64,000 nt of DNA from Pirellulales bacterium (GCA_963733035.1 CAVTBU010000005.1:1216001-1280000), one strand, 5' to 3'. Counted from the first letter of the stretch, positions 50,950 through 63,828 are shown. The notes: generated from the letters alone by a model not told the origin. Made by a program: numbers and translations.

Positions 50950-51696
50950 ATGCCCGAGCCAAATGTCGACGACTTGTACGAGATCCGCAGCATTCGTTGC
51001 GCCGACGGCCCCGATCGAGAGGAGTTGTTCGGCTATCGACTGCTCCAACCTGAAACGGTCAACCCGGGCCAGCGGTACCCGTTGCTGCTCTACCTGCACG
51101 GCATCGGCGAGCGCGGAAGCGACAATCGGGCCCAACTCCGTTTTCTCCCCACATGGATGGCATCCGCCGTTCGGCGGCGTGAATTCCCTTGTTTTCTCCT
51201 CGCTCCGCAGTGTCGCGACACCAGCTACTGGGTGGAAACACCGCGGGCTTTTGATCGCGCGGCGCCGCGTCAGTCGCCTGGCCTAATGATGCAAGTGGTC
51301 ATTCGCGCTGTGGACGACGTGATCGCCCACTTTCCCGTCGATGAGCGGCGGCTCTACCTTACGGGCCTCTCGATGGGAGGCTATGGCAGTTGGGATCTAG
51401 GCACACGCCTTGCCGATCGCTGGGCGGCGGTGGCACCCATCTGTGGTGGCGGCGACGAGCTGTATGCAGATCGTCTGGCGGGCGTGCCTGTCTGGGCCTG
51501 GCACGGCGATGCCGACGACGTCGTGCCCGTCGGCAAATCGCGCAAGATGATTGAAGCCATTCGCGCCGCGGGCGGATCGCCGAGGTACACCGAACTGCCG
51601 GGCGTGGGCCACGATAGCTGGACGCCCGCCTATACCGCCGACGACGGCGTGATCCCGTGGCTGTTCGCACAGCGAAAACAATCTTGCGACCGATGA
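50950..51696 (+). CDS. Alpha/beta hydrolase (carboxylesterase/phospholipase-like)
   Basis: YPLLLYLHG.GERG.DN, APQC, GLSMGG nucleophile elbow, HGDADDVVP, GVGH. Confidence 0.9.
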   Translation: MPEPNVDDLYEIRSIRCADGPDREELFGYRLLQPETVNPGQRYPLLLYLHGIGERGSDNRAQLRFLPTWMASAVRRREFPCFLLAPQCRDTSYWVETPRAFDRAAPRQSPGLMMQVVIRAVDDVIAHFPVDERRLYLTGLSMGGYGSWDLGTRLADRWAAVAPICGGGDELYADRLAGVPVWAWHGDADDVVPVGKSRKMIEAIRAAGGSPRYTELPGVGHDSWTPAYTADDGVIPWLFAQRKQSCDR

Positions 51697-51716
51697 TTTA
51701 CTAAATTGATGCGGCG

Positions 51717-51746
51717 TTGACCCCCTTTTCCGCGGAGCGATATAAT
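51717..51746 (+). promoter_or_regulatory. Putative sigma70 promoter of cysK
   Basis: TTGACC (51717-51722), 18 nt, TATAAT (51741-51746). Confidence 0.65.
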
Positions 51747-51802
51747 CCCGGGCGTCCAAGCCGCCGACTCACCAACGCCGCTTTATACGAGAGGACCTCC
51801 GC

Positions 51803-52771
51803 ATGGCCACCGCCACCGAAAAGCAATCCAAGGGCATTCGCGACGACATCACGCGCTGCATCGGCAACACGCCTCTGGTGCGGCTGCGACGAATCACCCA
51901 GGGCTGCGGCGCTACGGTCGTGGGCAAGCTTGAGAATTTCAATCCGCTGTGGAGCGTCAAGGACCGCATCGGCCGGGCCATGATCGAGGCCGCCGAGCGC
52001 GACGGAAAAATCAACAAAGACACCGTGATCATCGAGCCCACCAGCGGTAACACGGGTATCGCCCTGGCATACGTTTGCGCGTCGCGGGGCTATAAGCTCA
52101 AGGTCACGATGCCCGAGAGCATGAGCCTTGAACGCAGGCGGCTGCTGAAGGCGTTTGGGGCCGAAGTGATCCTGACGCCCGCCGCCGATGGCATGCCGGG
52201 CGCCATGCGGAAAGCCGACGAGCTCTTGGCCGAAAACAAGAACTGGTTCATGCCACAACAGTTCAAGAATCCGGCCAACCCCGAGATCCATCGCAAAACC
52301 ACGGCCGAAGAGATCTGGCGCGACACGGACGGCAAAATCGACATCTTCGTGGCCGGGGTCGGCACGGGTGGCACAATCACGGGCGTCGGTGAAGTTCTCA
52401 AACAACGCAAGCCCGACGTGAAGATCGTGGCGGTCGAGCCGACCAACAGCCCCGTGATCACGCAAACGAAAGCCGGCCAGGAACTAAAGCCCGGCAAGCA
52501 CATGATTCAGGGTATCGGCGCCGGCTTCATTCCGCCGGTGCTGAACGTCGACATCATCGACGACGTGGTCACGGTTGGCGACGAGGACGCGATGGAAACG
52601 TCGCGTCAGATGGCCGAACTCGAGGGTTTTATGTGCGGCATCAGTTGCGGAGCGGCCGCTTGGGCCGCCTTGCACCTGGCCAAGCAACCGGAAAACGCCG
52701 GCAAGCTGATCGTCTGCGTGCTACCCGACTTGGGTGAACGCTATTTGTCGACAAAGCTGTTTCCGGAATAG
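51803..52771 (+). CDS. cysK: Cysteine synthase A
   Basis: IGNTPLV, SVKDRI (PLP Lys), [31 protein letters not shown]. Confidence 0.97.
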   Translation: MATATEKQSKGIRDDITRCIGNTPLVRLRRITQGCGATVVGKLENFNPLWSVKDRIGRAMIEAAERDGKINKDTVIIEPTSGNTGIALAYVCASRGYKLKVTMPESMSLERRRLLKAFGAEVILTPAADGMPGAMRKADELLAENKNWFMPQQFKNPANPEIHRKTTAEEIWRDTDGKIDIFVAGVGTGGTITGVGEVLKQRKPDVKIVAVEPTNSPVITQTKAGQELKPGKHMIQGIGAGFIPPVLNVDIIDDVVTVGDEDAMETSRQMAELEGFMCGISCGAAAWAALHLAKQPENAGKLIVCVLPDLGERYLSTKLFPE

Positions 52772-52862
52772 GAAACTGGCCGTCGCAAGCTTTGGCGCAA
52801 CGGCACAGCAGGTGTGCCACGCGTGCCTGTCGAACATTTCTGCGTTGATCTGCGTGGCGAGA

Positions 52863-54815
<1,953 letters not shown>

Positions 54816-54943
54816 CGCGCACTCGCTTTCGGATCGTTGCGTCGTACTGCTTGCCCGGGAAAACGACGATTCTACCGGCGGTTTTCGGGCGATGTCAACG
54901 AACCCGCCGGGACGTTCGATGGGCGGCACAACCACCCCGTGAG

Positions 54944-55438
54944 TTAACGCGTGCGCGACGATCCGCTGCGGCCCGCTTCGCTTTTGGCCGCTGCTTCTGC
55001 CACTCGTTTCAGATTCCGCATGAAATAGCGGAGTTGGAAAAAGGCGAATACGCGAGCAAGCGGGATCGCCAGTTTTCTCGGCCCACGAAGCTCTTCGATG
55101 TCGATCTCGGCGTAATACTCTAAGCGACAGCCGGTGGGCAGCTCCGCAATCCGGTAGTCGACGCACATCACCATTCCGGGCTGAAAAACACCGCCCCAAA
55201 ACGAAACGCCGAGGTGCTTCGGTGGATCGTACGCATTGATTCGCCCCTCGTAGTGCGAGATGCGCCGACCTTCGCGCACCCGCAGATCAAAGGTCGAACC
55301 GACGGCTCGCGGGTTTGTGCTGGTGGGTACGAAATCAATGAGCGTCGTAAGCCACTGCTGCTGCTTGTCGGCCTCATCGAGAAACGGCCACAACTGCCGC
55401 GGCGTACAACGCATCTCGATGCGATACTCGATACGCAT
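54944..55438 (-). CDS. SRPBCC (polyketide cyclase-like) family protein
   Basis: IEM...P..LW.FL.E....QW; AYDPP; C-terminal helix LKRVAE. Confidence 0.75.
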   Translation of the reverse strand: MRIEYRIEMRCTPRQLWPFLDEADKQQQWLTTLIDFVPTSTNPRAVGSTFDLRVREGRRISHYEGRINAYDPPKHLGVSFWGGVFQPGMVMCVDYRIAELPTGCRLEYYAEIDIEELRGPRKLAIPLARVFAFFQLRYFMRNLKRVAEAAAKSEAGRSGSSRTR

Positions 55439-55573
55439 TCGACCCGACGCCTCGACAATCGCGAATGAAATGCAAATTTGGCTGATGACAAGCCCCAATC
55501 TAATCATCCGCCCACGTGCCATTCTTCCGCACGCACTGGTCCAGGATCAAGTCGAAAAGTTCGTGTGTGCAAC

Positions 55574-56299
55574 TCACGTCAATTCCGCACGCGGCGCCTC
55601 GCGTGCAATCGACCAGCGTGCCACCAGCCACCAGACGAGCGCCCACGCCGCGCCGGTAGCCCATCCGGCCAGCACGTCGGTCGGATAGTGCACGCCCAGA
55701 TAAATCCGAGTTAGCCCAATCAAAACGGCCAGCAGCAGTGCCACGCCAATCAGATAGAAATGCAGTTTTCGCGTCGGCATCACGCGTGCCAACATGGCTC
55801 CCAGTGTCAAATAAACGAGCGTCGAACTGAATGAATGTCCGCTCGGAAAGCTCGCCGAATGTGTGCGCTGAACGGCCGAACCCTCGGGCGGCCGCGGTCG
55901 ATCGAACCCGTACTTGAGACCTGATGTCAGCAGCGAGCCGCTAACCACCGCGGCCAACAACAGTGCGATTGCCCGTGGACGCCGTACCATGGCCAAATAG
56001 CCCACGACGAGCGCGACAACCAGGCATAAGACCGTCGCGCTGCCCAGCGAAGTAATGTCGCGGGCCGCGTCGATTAGCCACGCAGGGCCGCGCGGCAGGC
56101 GCGGATTCTGCGGACTACGTAGGGAGTCGATCACCCACGTGTCGAAGTGTCTCGTTTCACCGCTGGCAACTTCCTCGGCCAACTCGATGAACAGCCACGT
56201 CAGCGTGGCGACGGCGGCGACGGCCACGAGCACGGGCAACTCGGGCCATTGCCTGTTTCGCAGCCAGGCGATGCAGTTGTGCCAGCAGAGTCGTTGCAT
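55574..56299 (-). CDS. PAP2 family membrane phosphatase
   Basis: K...DRPRP, SFPSGHS, TRIYLGVHYPTDV. Confidence 0.93.
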   Translation of the reverse strand: MQRLCWHNCIAWLRNRQWPELPVLVAVAAVATLTWLFIELAEEVASGETRHFDTWVIDSLRSPQNPRLPRGPAWLIDAARDITSLGSATVLCLVVALVVGYLAMVRRPRAIALLLAAVVSGSLLTSGLKYGFDRPRPPEGSAVQRTHSASFPSGHSFSSTLVYLTLGAMLARVMPTRKLHFYLIGVALLLAVLIGLTRIYLGVHYPTDVLAGWATGAAWALVWWLVARWSIAREAPRAELT

Positions 56300-56340
56300 T
56301 GCGGGTATCGGGTTACTTGACGCGCGGCCAAACAGACTCT

Positions 56341-58032
56341 TCAGCCTGGTCCGGCCGTCGAACGGGCGATCGGTACGTCGAACAGGCGTGGGCCGTCGTC
56401 CGACGCCAGCGATGCGTGTACCTTTTCGGACAGTTCATCGGGTTCGGTGACGCGTTCGGCCCGCACTCCCAGCGATTGGGCCAGCGCGACCATATCGATT
56501 TCAGGCTCGCGAAGATCCATGCCGACGAACTGTCCGGCCTTGGCCGCTGGGAGGCCGAATCCAGTGGCGCCGGCCTTGAGGATCTGGTACTGGGCATTGT
56601 TGCAAATGACGTAGGTAACGTTGAGCTTGTGATGTGCGGCCGACCAAAGTCCCTGGATGCCGTACATCGCGGCCCCTTCACCGAGCAAGGCCAACACGGG
56701 ACGATCGGGCCAGGCGAGTTTAACTCCCAGAGCACATCCGAGCCCCCATCCCAAAGCCCAGCCGCGATGCGCGAAGTAACCGCTCGTGTTCTTCAGTGCG
56801 CCCAGGCGTTGAAAGGTGCTATTGGTCGTTGTAACCGCCTCTTCAATGACGGCAACATTCTCGGGTAGAATTTGTGAAAGGCCTTCCATCAGCACGCTTC
56901 CGGCCATCGGCCGCAGGTCGCGACGGCGGCTGATCGAATCGCGCAACACTTGGCGTGCATCGCGATGCTGCTTGGACCGTTTTTCGCCCCGGGCCGACGC
57001 CGCGCTCTTGGCCGACGCGTCCATCGTGGTTTCCAAAAGTGCGGCCAATTCCGCGAGCCCACATTTCGTATCCCCCAACACGCCGACTTCGACAGGGTAG
57101 TTCTTGCCAATCTGGCGAGGGTCTTCGTCGAAATGCACCAACCGCAAATGGCGCGGGATGGCCGGATCAGGACCGTGGTAGACGTACTCACGCACCAGAT
57201 CCATCCCCGCGATCAATAGCGCGTCGAATTCCGACAGTCGCTCGGCAATCTCGGGAGCCCAAAGCGGAATGGTCTGACCGTATAGGGGATGGTCGGGTGG
57301 AAAGCTCAAGCGGCCATGCGAGTGTCCCGGCTCGGAGTACACCGGCGCGCCGAGTCGCTCGGCCACGGCGACCAATTCGCCGACGGCCTCGGCTTCTTGC
57401 ACACGGCTCCCCACGAAAATGGCGGGGTTGCGGGCCTCGCTCAGCACTCGGGCGGCCCGAGCCAGAGCGTCTTGCGGCGGCCGAACGCGGTACGACAGCG
57501 GCGTCGCCGGCGACAAATCGAGTTCCGCCGACTGCATTTGGATATCGACCGGAATCGACAGGAAGACCGGACCGGTCGGCGGGGTGAGCGCGACCTGCAT
57601 GGCTCGGCGCAGCGCCGCAGGCAGATCTTCGGTCCGCTCGACTTCCACCGACCATTTCGTCCAGGGCCGAGCGACCGCCACCATGTCGCCATAGAGAATT
57701 GGTTCCTGAAACTTCAACCGGCGGTCCTGCTGCCCGGCGGTCACCAACAGCGGCGTACCTTCGCGAAACGCGTTGTAAAGCATGCCCATCGCATTGCCCA
57801 ACCCACAACTGATGTGCAGGTTGACGACACCCAACGAGCGAGAAGCCATGGCATAGCCGTCGGCCATGGCCATGACGGGCACTTCTTGCAACCCGAGGAT
57901 ATATTCGATGCGCTTGTCGCGCACCAAGGCGTCGTTGAGCGGCAGCTCCGTAGTGCCGGGATTGCCGAAGACATAGCGCACGCCTGCCGCGGCCAACATT
58001 TGCAGAAGTGCTTCGATGCCGGTGGTCCGCAT
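56341..58032 (-). CDS. Thiamine-pyrophosphate-dependent enzyme, benzoylformate decarboxylase-like
   Basis: FGNPGTTELP, LQE..AMADGYA, GLGNAMG, GPVFLSIP, GEG...NN TPP-binding motif. Confidence 0.88.
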   Translation of the reverse strand: MRTTGIEALLQMLAAAGVRYVFGNPGTTELPLNDALVRDKRIEYILGLQEVPVMAMADGYAMASRSLGVVNLHISCGLGNAMGMLYNAFREGTPLLVTAGQQDRRLKFQEPILYGDMVAVARPWTKWSVEVERTEDLPAALRRAMQVALTPPTGPVFLSIPVDIQMQSAELDLSPATPLSYRVRPPQDALARAARVLSEARNPAIFVGSRVQEAEAVGELVAVAERLGAPVYSEPGHSHGRLSFPPDHPLYGQTIPLWAPEIAERLSEFDALLIAGMDLVREYVYHGPDPAIPRHLRLVHFDEDPRQIGKNYPVEVGVLGDTKCGLAELAALLETTMDASAKSAASARGEKRSKQHRDARQVLRDSISRRRDLRPMAGSVLMEGLSQILPENVAVIEEAVTTTNSTFQRLGALKNTSGYFAHRGWALGWGLGCALGVKLAWPDRPVLALLGEGAAMYGIQGLWSAAHHKLNVTYVICNNAQYQILKAGATGFGLPAAKAGQFVGMDLREPEIDMVALAQSLGVRAERVTEPDELSEKVHASLASDDGPRLFDVPIARSTAGPG

Positions 58033-58093
58033 GCGCCGTGCCTCAGGAGTGTCCGAGAACACCCGGCGGCCGGTGCTACCCGCGGCAGCCGGA

Positions 58094-58609
58094 CTAGCGC
58101 GTAAACAGCCGAGTTCGCGGAGGACTTCCCAGTGTACGGGAAGGCGGCGCGGAATCAAACAATCGCTGCCGCGCTGCCATTCGACCAGCGCCCTGGCGCG
58201 GCATCGTCGTCGTCGGTCCGGGCAGCTCTTCGGCCGGAATCGGACCTTCGTCTTCCAGCATGCCCGAGGGGGGTTGCGCCGGAGTGGGACCCGTGCCGGG
58301 CGAAGGCGCGTTGTAAAGTTCGCCCACGGCGCCTGGAGCATTGGAACCGCTGCCGTCGCTATAGACTTCCCCAAAGCGCGTGTAATGCGGACCACCCTTC
58401 ACGTATGGATTGCGTGAGCCGACGTAGTGCCCGCATTGGTTGCACGGGTCGCAGCAACAGGGCTTATGGCTAAACCATTCGTGCCAATACAGGCAGCCGC
58501 ACTGCATGCCGCAATACGTGTTCCCACAAGGCCACGGCGCGCGGTGGCATCCTGTTTGGGCGATCAAGATCGCCCCCAGCAGCAGCGAAAAACAAGTTCG
58601 CGAAAGCAT
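58094..58609 (-). CDS. Cys-rich hypothetical lipoprotein
   Basis: Signal peptide ending QTG-C; 10 Cys in ~40 aa (YWHEW..KPCCCDPCNQCG); Pro-rich tail. Confidence 0.7.
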   Translation of the reverse strand: MLSRTCFSLLLGAILIAQTGCHRAPWPCGNTYCGMQCGCLYWHEWFSHKPCCCDPCNQCGHYVGSRNPYVKGGPHYTRFGEVYSDGSGSNAPGAVGELYNAPSPGTGPTPAQPPSGMLEDEGPIPAEELPGPTTTMPRQGAGRMAARQRLFDSAPPSRTLGSPPRTRLFTR

Positions 58610-58891
58610 CCAACTTCCCCCCAAAAAACCAAACGGCTGATCGTTTTCCGCCAACCGTATGGGCGGGTAACTTGGGCCGCGGCTTCTCCCTGCAAAGTCG
58701 TATCGGCCGGCGGATGCGGAACAATCGAGAAATTCGGGACAACCCAGCGCCTTTGCCCCCGCGCCAAACTCTCGTCAAATTGCCTGGTCTTTGCGCGAAA
58801 CGTTGCCGCGGCCGCATCGGGACGACTATATTGCCAGCAGCGCCAGCGACGTGGCGCCAAACCGACCGCTTGCCACCAGGAGACTTACGCC

Positions 58892-59293
58892 GTGCCTCAG
58901 CCGCTGCCGATTACGGACGTCAATCACGTGGGCCGCGTTACCAAACGACTTGAAGAGAGCCGTCGGTTCTATCGCGACGTATTGGGTTTTCGCGAGGTCG
59001 CGCGTCCCAACTTCGATTTCCCCGGTGCCTGGCTCTACAACTACGGAATCATGATCCACCTGATCCAGAGTTCGGCGGCCGGCGATCCCGAGGGCGAGAT
59101 CGACACCCGCGGCGATCACCTGGCTCTCAACACCAACGACTTCGACGCCGCGGAAAAACTGCTAGAGGAACACGGAATTCCCTACCGCAAGAACCTGGTT
59201 GTCGACCGCAACATCAAGCAGATTTTCTTCCGCGACCCCGACGGCCATCACGTGGAAATCGCCACGTACCCGCCGACGCCGCAATTTATCTAG
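58892..59293 (+). CDS. VOC/glyoxalase family protein
   Basis: AGGAG RBS; NHV..SRRFYRDVLGF, GAWL, IHLI, DHLA, QIFFRDPDGHHVEI. Confidence 0.92.
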   Translation: MPQPLPITDVNHVGRVTKRLEESRRFYRDVLGFREVARPNFDFPGAWLYNYGIMIHLIQSSAAGDPEGEIDTRGDHLALNTNDFDAAEKLLEEHGIPYRKNLVVDRNIKQIFFRDPDGHHVEIATYPPTPQFI

Positions 59294-59352
59294 CGGGCTC
59301 TAAGCGCCGTGTCATCGATAACCCATCGAACGCACGGCCAGGTGTCAGATCG

Positions 59353-59961
59353 TCACGCGTTCGGCAAAACTCGCTGGGCTGCCGCGCGGATTTCGGATTG
59401 CACCACGTCGACGTCGCGGGCGGCATCAACGACAAGGATGCGCTTTGCATCCAAGGCGGCCTCGGCCAAGAATCCGGCCCGCAGCCGCCGTTGAAATTCC
59501 ACGCCTTGGCTTTCCATGCGGTCGAGTTCGCGCTCCATGCGTTCCGCGGCCGCTTCGGGGGGCATGTCGAGCACGAACACCAGATCGGGCATCAGGCCGC
59601 CTGTCGCCGTCTGACCGATACGGCGAACCGTTTCCACGTCGAGTCCGCCGGCATGGGCCTGGTAGACGATGTTCGCCAGCACATACCGATCCGAGACGAC
59701 TACTTTACCTGCCTCCAATGCGGGTCGAATCACGGCCTCGACGAGCTGAGCCCGGGCGGCCATGAACATCAGCATTTCGCTGGTACGGCAAATCGGTACT
59801 TCGTGGCCCAAGAGAATTGCCCGAATCTGCTCGCCCAATGGCGTACTGCCGGGGTCGATGCAACTGACGACGTCGTGCCCGGCGTCGCGAAGCCACTCGA
59901 GGAACAAGTCCATTTGAGTGGTCTTGCCGGTTCCATCCAGTCCGTCGAAGGAGAAAAACAT
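59353..59961 (-). CDS. tmk: Thymidylate kinase
   Basis: FDGLDGTGKTTQ, PG.T..GEQIR, AARAQ, SDRY, PDL, DRME. Confidence 0.96.
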   Translation of the reverse strand: MFFSFDGLDGTGKTTQMDLFLEWLRDAGHDVVSCIDPGSTPLGEQIRAILLGHEVPICRTSEMLMFMAARAQLVEAVIRPALEAGKVVVSDRYVLANIVYQAHAGGLDVETVRRIGQTATGGLMPDLVFVLDMPPEAAAERMERELDRMESQGVEFQRRLRAGFLAEAALDAKRILVVDAARDVDVVQSEIRAAAQRVLPNA

Positions 59962-60078
59962 GGCAGTGGTGTTTCGTACGGATCGCTGTAGGGAGAACGT
60001 TGCGGACGACAAGTGCCCCTGCGGACAGGCTTTTTTCCACTGGGGATCGGATTCGACCGCAAGCGTGGCTCTCGGCCC

Positions 60079-61053
60079 TTAGGCGTCGCCATTGTAGCGT
60101 TTTAGCATGCCTGCGGCGTGGTCGACGATCATCTTGCGCAGATGATTTGGCTTTAGTACCTCGGCCTGGTCGCCGTACCCCAGGATCCACCAGGAGATTT
60201 CCCGCACCCCGGCGACACGGACCTGAAAGTCCATCGAGCCGTCCTCGTTCCAAGTGAGCCGCTGCGTTCGATGCCACACGACCTCCGAGACGTTTCGGGC
60301 GACTAAGGGACTAAAACGAACCACGACGTCCGTGTCCGGTCCGTCGGGAATCAAATGCCAGGCATTTCCCAGGTAGCGCTGGATGCTAAAACCGCGTGGT
60401 ACGTAAAACTGCTCATCCAGCATCTCGAGCGCGTGGATGCGCCCCACGTTGAAGGTGCGGACTTCGCGATGCACGGAGGAGCGACCGATGACGTACCAAC
60501 TGCGGCGGCTGAACAGCATCCGATAGGGAGACAACTTGATCTGCAATTTCCGACCGTCGGCAAAGCTGTCGTATTCGATGCGGACCGGCCGGCGGTTGCC
60601 GATCGCAGCGAGCAACTGCCGATAGACCGGCGTCTGGCCCGCGAGCGGATTACTCGGTTCAAGGTTGATCTGAACGGCTGTCGAGAGCTCCTGCAGTTGT
60701 TCGCGGACGCGAGCGGGCAAACTGGCTTCGAGCTTCAAAGCCGCGTTTTGGGCGGCCTCGTAGAACGGCAGCCTGTGGTCGGCCCCCATTTCGTAGCACA
60801 GCACGATCACCGCCAGCGCCTCTTCGGCCGTGAAGTTGGTGGGCGGCAAGAAATAGGTGCCCGGAATGCGATAGACGTTCCGATCGTCGTCGAACAGCAG
60901 CGGCACGCCGGCATTGCGAAGCGTTTCCAAGTCGCGAAAGATCGTTCTCCTGCTAACGTCACAGGCCTTCGAAAGCTCGCCCGCGTTACGCCCCTTACCG
61001 GCTTGCAGCAGGCCAAGCAACTGGATCATTCGACTGACGCGGTTGAGATTCAT
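60079..61053 (-). CDS. HTH-WYL-WCX transcriptional regulator (YafY/PafBC-like)
   Basis: N-terminal HTH VSRRTIFRDLETL; WYVIG..RTFNVGRI; C-terminal WILGYG..AEVL.P..LR. Confidence 0.93.
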   Translation of the reverse strand: MNLNRVSRMIQLLGLLQAGKGRNAGELSKACDVSRRTIFRDLETLRNAGVPLLFDDDRNVYRIPGTYFLPPTNFTAEEALAVIVLCYEMGADHRLPFYEAAQNAALKLEASLPARVREQLQELSTAVQINLEPSNPLAGQTPVYRQLLAAIGNRRPVRIEYDSFADGRKLQIKLSPYRMLFSRRSWYVIGRSSVHREVRTFNVGRIHALEMLDEQFYVPRGFSIQRYLGNAWHLIPDGPDTDVVVRFSPLVARNVSEVVWHRTQRLTWNEDGSMDFQVRVAGVREISWWILGYGDQAEVLKPNHLRKMIVDHAAGMLKRYNGDA

Positions 61054-63464
61054 GCTCGATCGACTGCGGCGGTTGAAACGATGCGGATGTCATACGGCCG
61101 TCAGCCGAGGAACCGCGGCCTTGAGCCGTGTTCAACGGCCGCGGCTGCTGGAGCGTCGTGCCGGTGGGGCGAGCCATTCGTTGGCTCAGACCGTTGACAA
61201 CTCGCGATTGGGTATCATCTTGCTGGGCCTGGTCCCCGTCGTCGGCGTTCAGCCCCAGCGGTCCCCACGAGAACTGCCGCTCGAGGGCCGAGCTTCGCGG
61301 CGGCGGCTCCTCACCCATCATGCTCGAAACGGCTCCGTTCGTCATCGTCTCATCCGGCGTGGGCAGCATTTCCGCCTCCGGGCCGGCCGGCAGTTCCTCG
61401 GGCGTCGCCTCGGTGGGCAAACCCTGGGGAGGCATACCCGGAGCTTGGAGCATCGGCGGCCTTCCTTGGGGATTCTGCCGCACGCCACCTTGGCTCAGCA
61501 CGCTTGGACGCGTGTAGCCGTAGTTGAGGTAGATCGCGGCATCCCGCTTGCGAGCCAGGCGGTCGGCATCGAACTGAGCCTTTTCCGGCCACGGGCCTTC
61601 CTGCAAGTAGACGTTGTTGTATTCCAGCAGCGAACCCTTGCGATAGTGCACGGTGATAATCGCCCGCTGATAGTCAAGCAGCGTACGGAAGAAGCTGGTT
61701 TGAGCCTCCGCACGACGACGCTGGGCCTCGAGCAATTGGTCGAGCGTGACGGTGCCCGATGCGTAGGCCGCCTCTTGAGCCTCGACCTGACGATCGGCGG
61801 CCAGCGTGCGATTGAAGTTGGTTTGCGTAAGTTCGTAGTTCAGGATCAACTGCCGGACGGCGTCGGTCAATTGATGAGAGATTTCCAATTCTTCATCCTG
61901 CAGCTTGGCGCGTTCGCGGGCCAACTGCAATTGATAGTGGCGCACTTGCACGAGTTCCTTGCGAAAGCCTACCGACATGGTCGACTGGAAGCCCAATTGC
62001 CATTCCTGAAACTGGCCGGTGGCCAACGTCTGCAAGGCGCTCGATCCGGTCAAAGCGAAAGGATTCGTCGGGTTAAAGGCCGTGGGGTTTGTGCCAAGCA
62101 AGTTATCGCCCAAGCCCAACCAACGGTAGGTGCCGTTCAAGTCCAATCGAGGCAGTAACAAGTTCTTGGCGGCGATCAATTCCATCTCGCGCTGTTTAAT
62201 GCGCCATTTCTGGCGACGCAAGTTGAGGTTTCGCGCAAGTGCCTCTTCGGTAATCTCTTGCCAATCAAAGTCGACCTTCGCGATCGTCGGGCGATCGATC
62301 GGACGGATCAGTCGCCCGTCGGTCGCCGACAGCCCCATCGCCCAGCGGAGGCGATTCTCCGCACGGAATAGTTCGTTGAGCAGCGTTTGAGCCTGGCTCT
62401 TGAACTGATAAAACTGTTCGCGGGCCTGGGCTTCCTGGTTGGCTTCACCACCGCGGCTGCCCGTGCGATAGAGGGCATAGATTTTCTGCCACGTTTGCCG
62501 GGCACTGTTCAGAGCCGTGTTGGCCGTCTCCAGGTTGCGCCACGCGAATGAAAGTTCCCAATAGGCCTGTTCGGTGTCGTTCACCAGGTCGCGAACGCCG
62601 CCTTCAAAGTCCGCCAGAGCGATGTCGACGTTAATACGCGCGAGCACCACACCGTCGAAGGCCGGCGTTTGGAAGGCACCGCCGGGAATGTTCGAGAAGG
62701 GATTGTAGGGACCGGCAATCCGGTTGTATTCGGTGCCCGCACCGGCCAGCAACGGCTGGTTGAACGCCATTTCGTAGTTGACGTTCCAATCTTTCGCAAT
62801 CTGCCGGGTCGGATTGTTGTTCAAATCGTAGACGATGTTGTTGCGAACCGAGAACTGACCACCTTGAGCGGTGATCTTGGTCAACTGCGTGTTGAACGTG
62901 CTGGTATTCTGTTGGAACACCTGGCGGAAGAAGGTATTGATGGGGACCCGCGGCAGAACGTTCTGTTGACGATCGTTGTGTTGATAGAAGAAGTTGCTCG
63001 ACCACTGGGTATCGAAGGCCGCCAGGGCACTTTCCACGCCCGTGAAAGGCGTGGTTTCAATGATCGCCGGATCGTAGACCGTGCGGGCGTTGTCCGGACC
63101 CTGGGTGATCGCATCAGGAGCTTCACCAACCTGCGCGGTTATTGAAAGCAGAGCTGACAAATCGGCCGCCCAGCGAACGGAACACCTTCGAGTTCTGCAG
63201 CGACGTTTGCAGCGCGTCTTCGAGCGTCAGGTCCCAGTAGTTGGCAAACTCCAGGTTTTCGAGCGTATAGGGCGACTGGGCCTCGGTGACTTCCAAGAGC
63301 GTCGAGGCCTCAACGTCGGGATACTCGAGATCGCTCACCACGTCCACGTAGTGAGACAGATCGCCGTCTTCGCGAAGATAAAACGGCTGCTGAGGACGAC
63401 AGCCGGTAAACGCGATCATCGCGGACGAGAGAAGCGCCCAGATGCAGTGGACACGCCGTTTCAT
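60995..63464 (-). CDS. Large TolC-family outer membrane lipoprotein; one apparent frameshift at ~63135
   Basis: Lipobox FTG-C; LTLEDALQTSLQN; QPLLAG, AYWEL, LLPRLDL, Y..G..TLDQLLEAQ; two frames join at FNNR|AQVGEAP. Confidence 0.85.
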
Positions 63465-63828
63465 CGAATCGACCTTAAGGGGTTTCTGGTCCCTGACGCA
63501 TACCCGGTCGCGCCAGCACGGCTGTCAATGACAGCGTGTCGTTGCAACCTGGCAACAGTAACCGGACGCCCCCCGTCCACGCCGAATCTGTTCCGCCCGC
63601 TGGCTCGCGCAATGCGCTTGCACCTCGGGCGAGGTTTCGGCAGAGCCAAGTATCGACGACCCGACCGTCAAACTTGGAACAATCTTCGCATTCCGATGAT
63701 TTGCCGTAACAAGAATCACCAACGCAAATCACGCGCACACCCTAGACAACCCAGACAACCGCATACCTGTGGCGAAAGACGGCCACCGGAGGGCGAGCTA
63801 GTGAGTTTCGGATAGATGGGCTGTGCGA

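Noticed and set aside
60079..61053. WYL gene as marker of an anti-phage defence island
   Set aside because: Neighbours are tolC, tmk and a glyoxalase; no nuclease, helicase, methyltransferase or toxin genes and no mobility signs are nearby.
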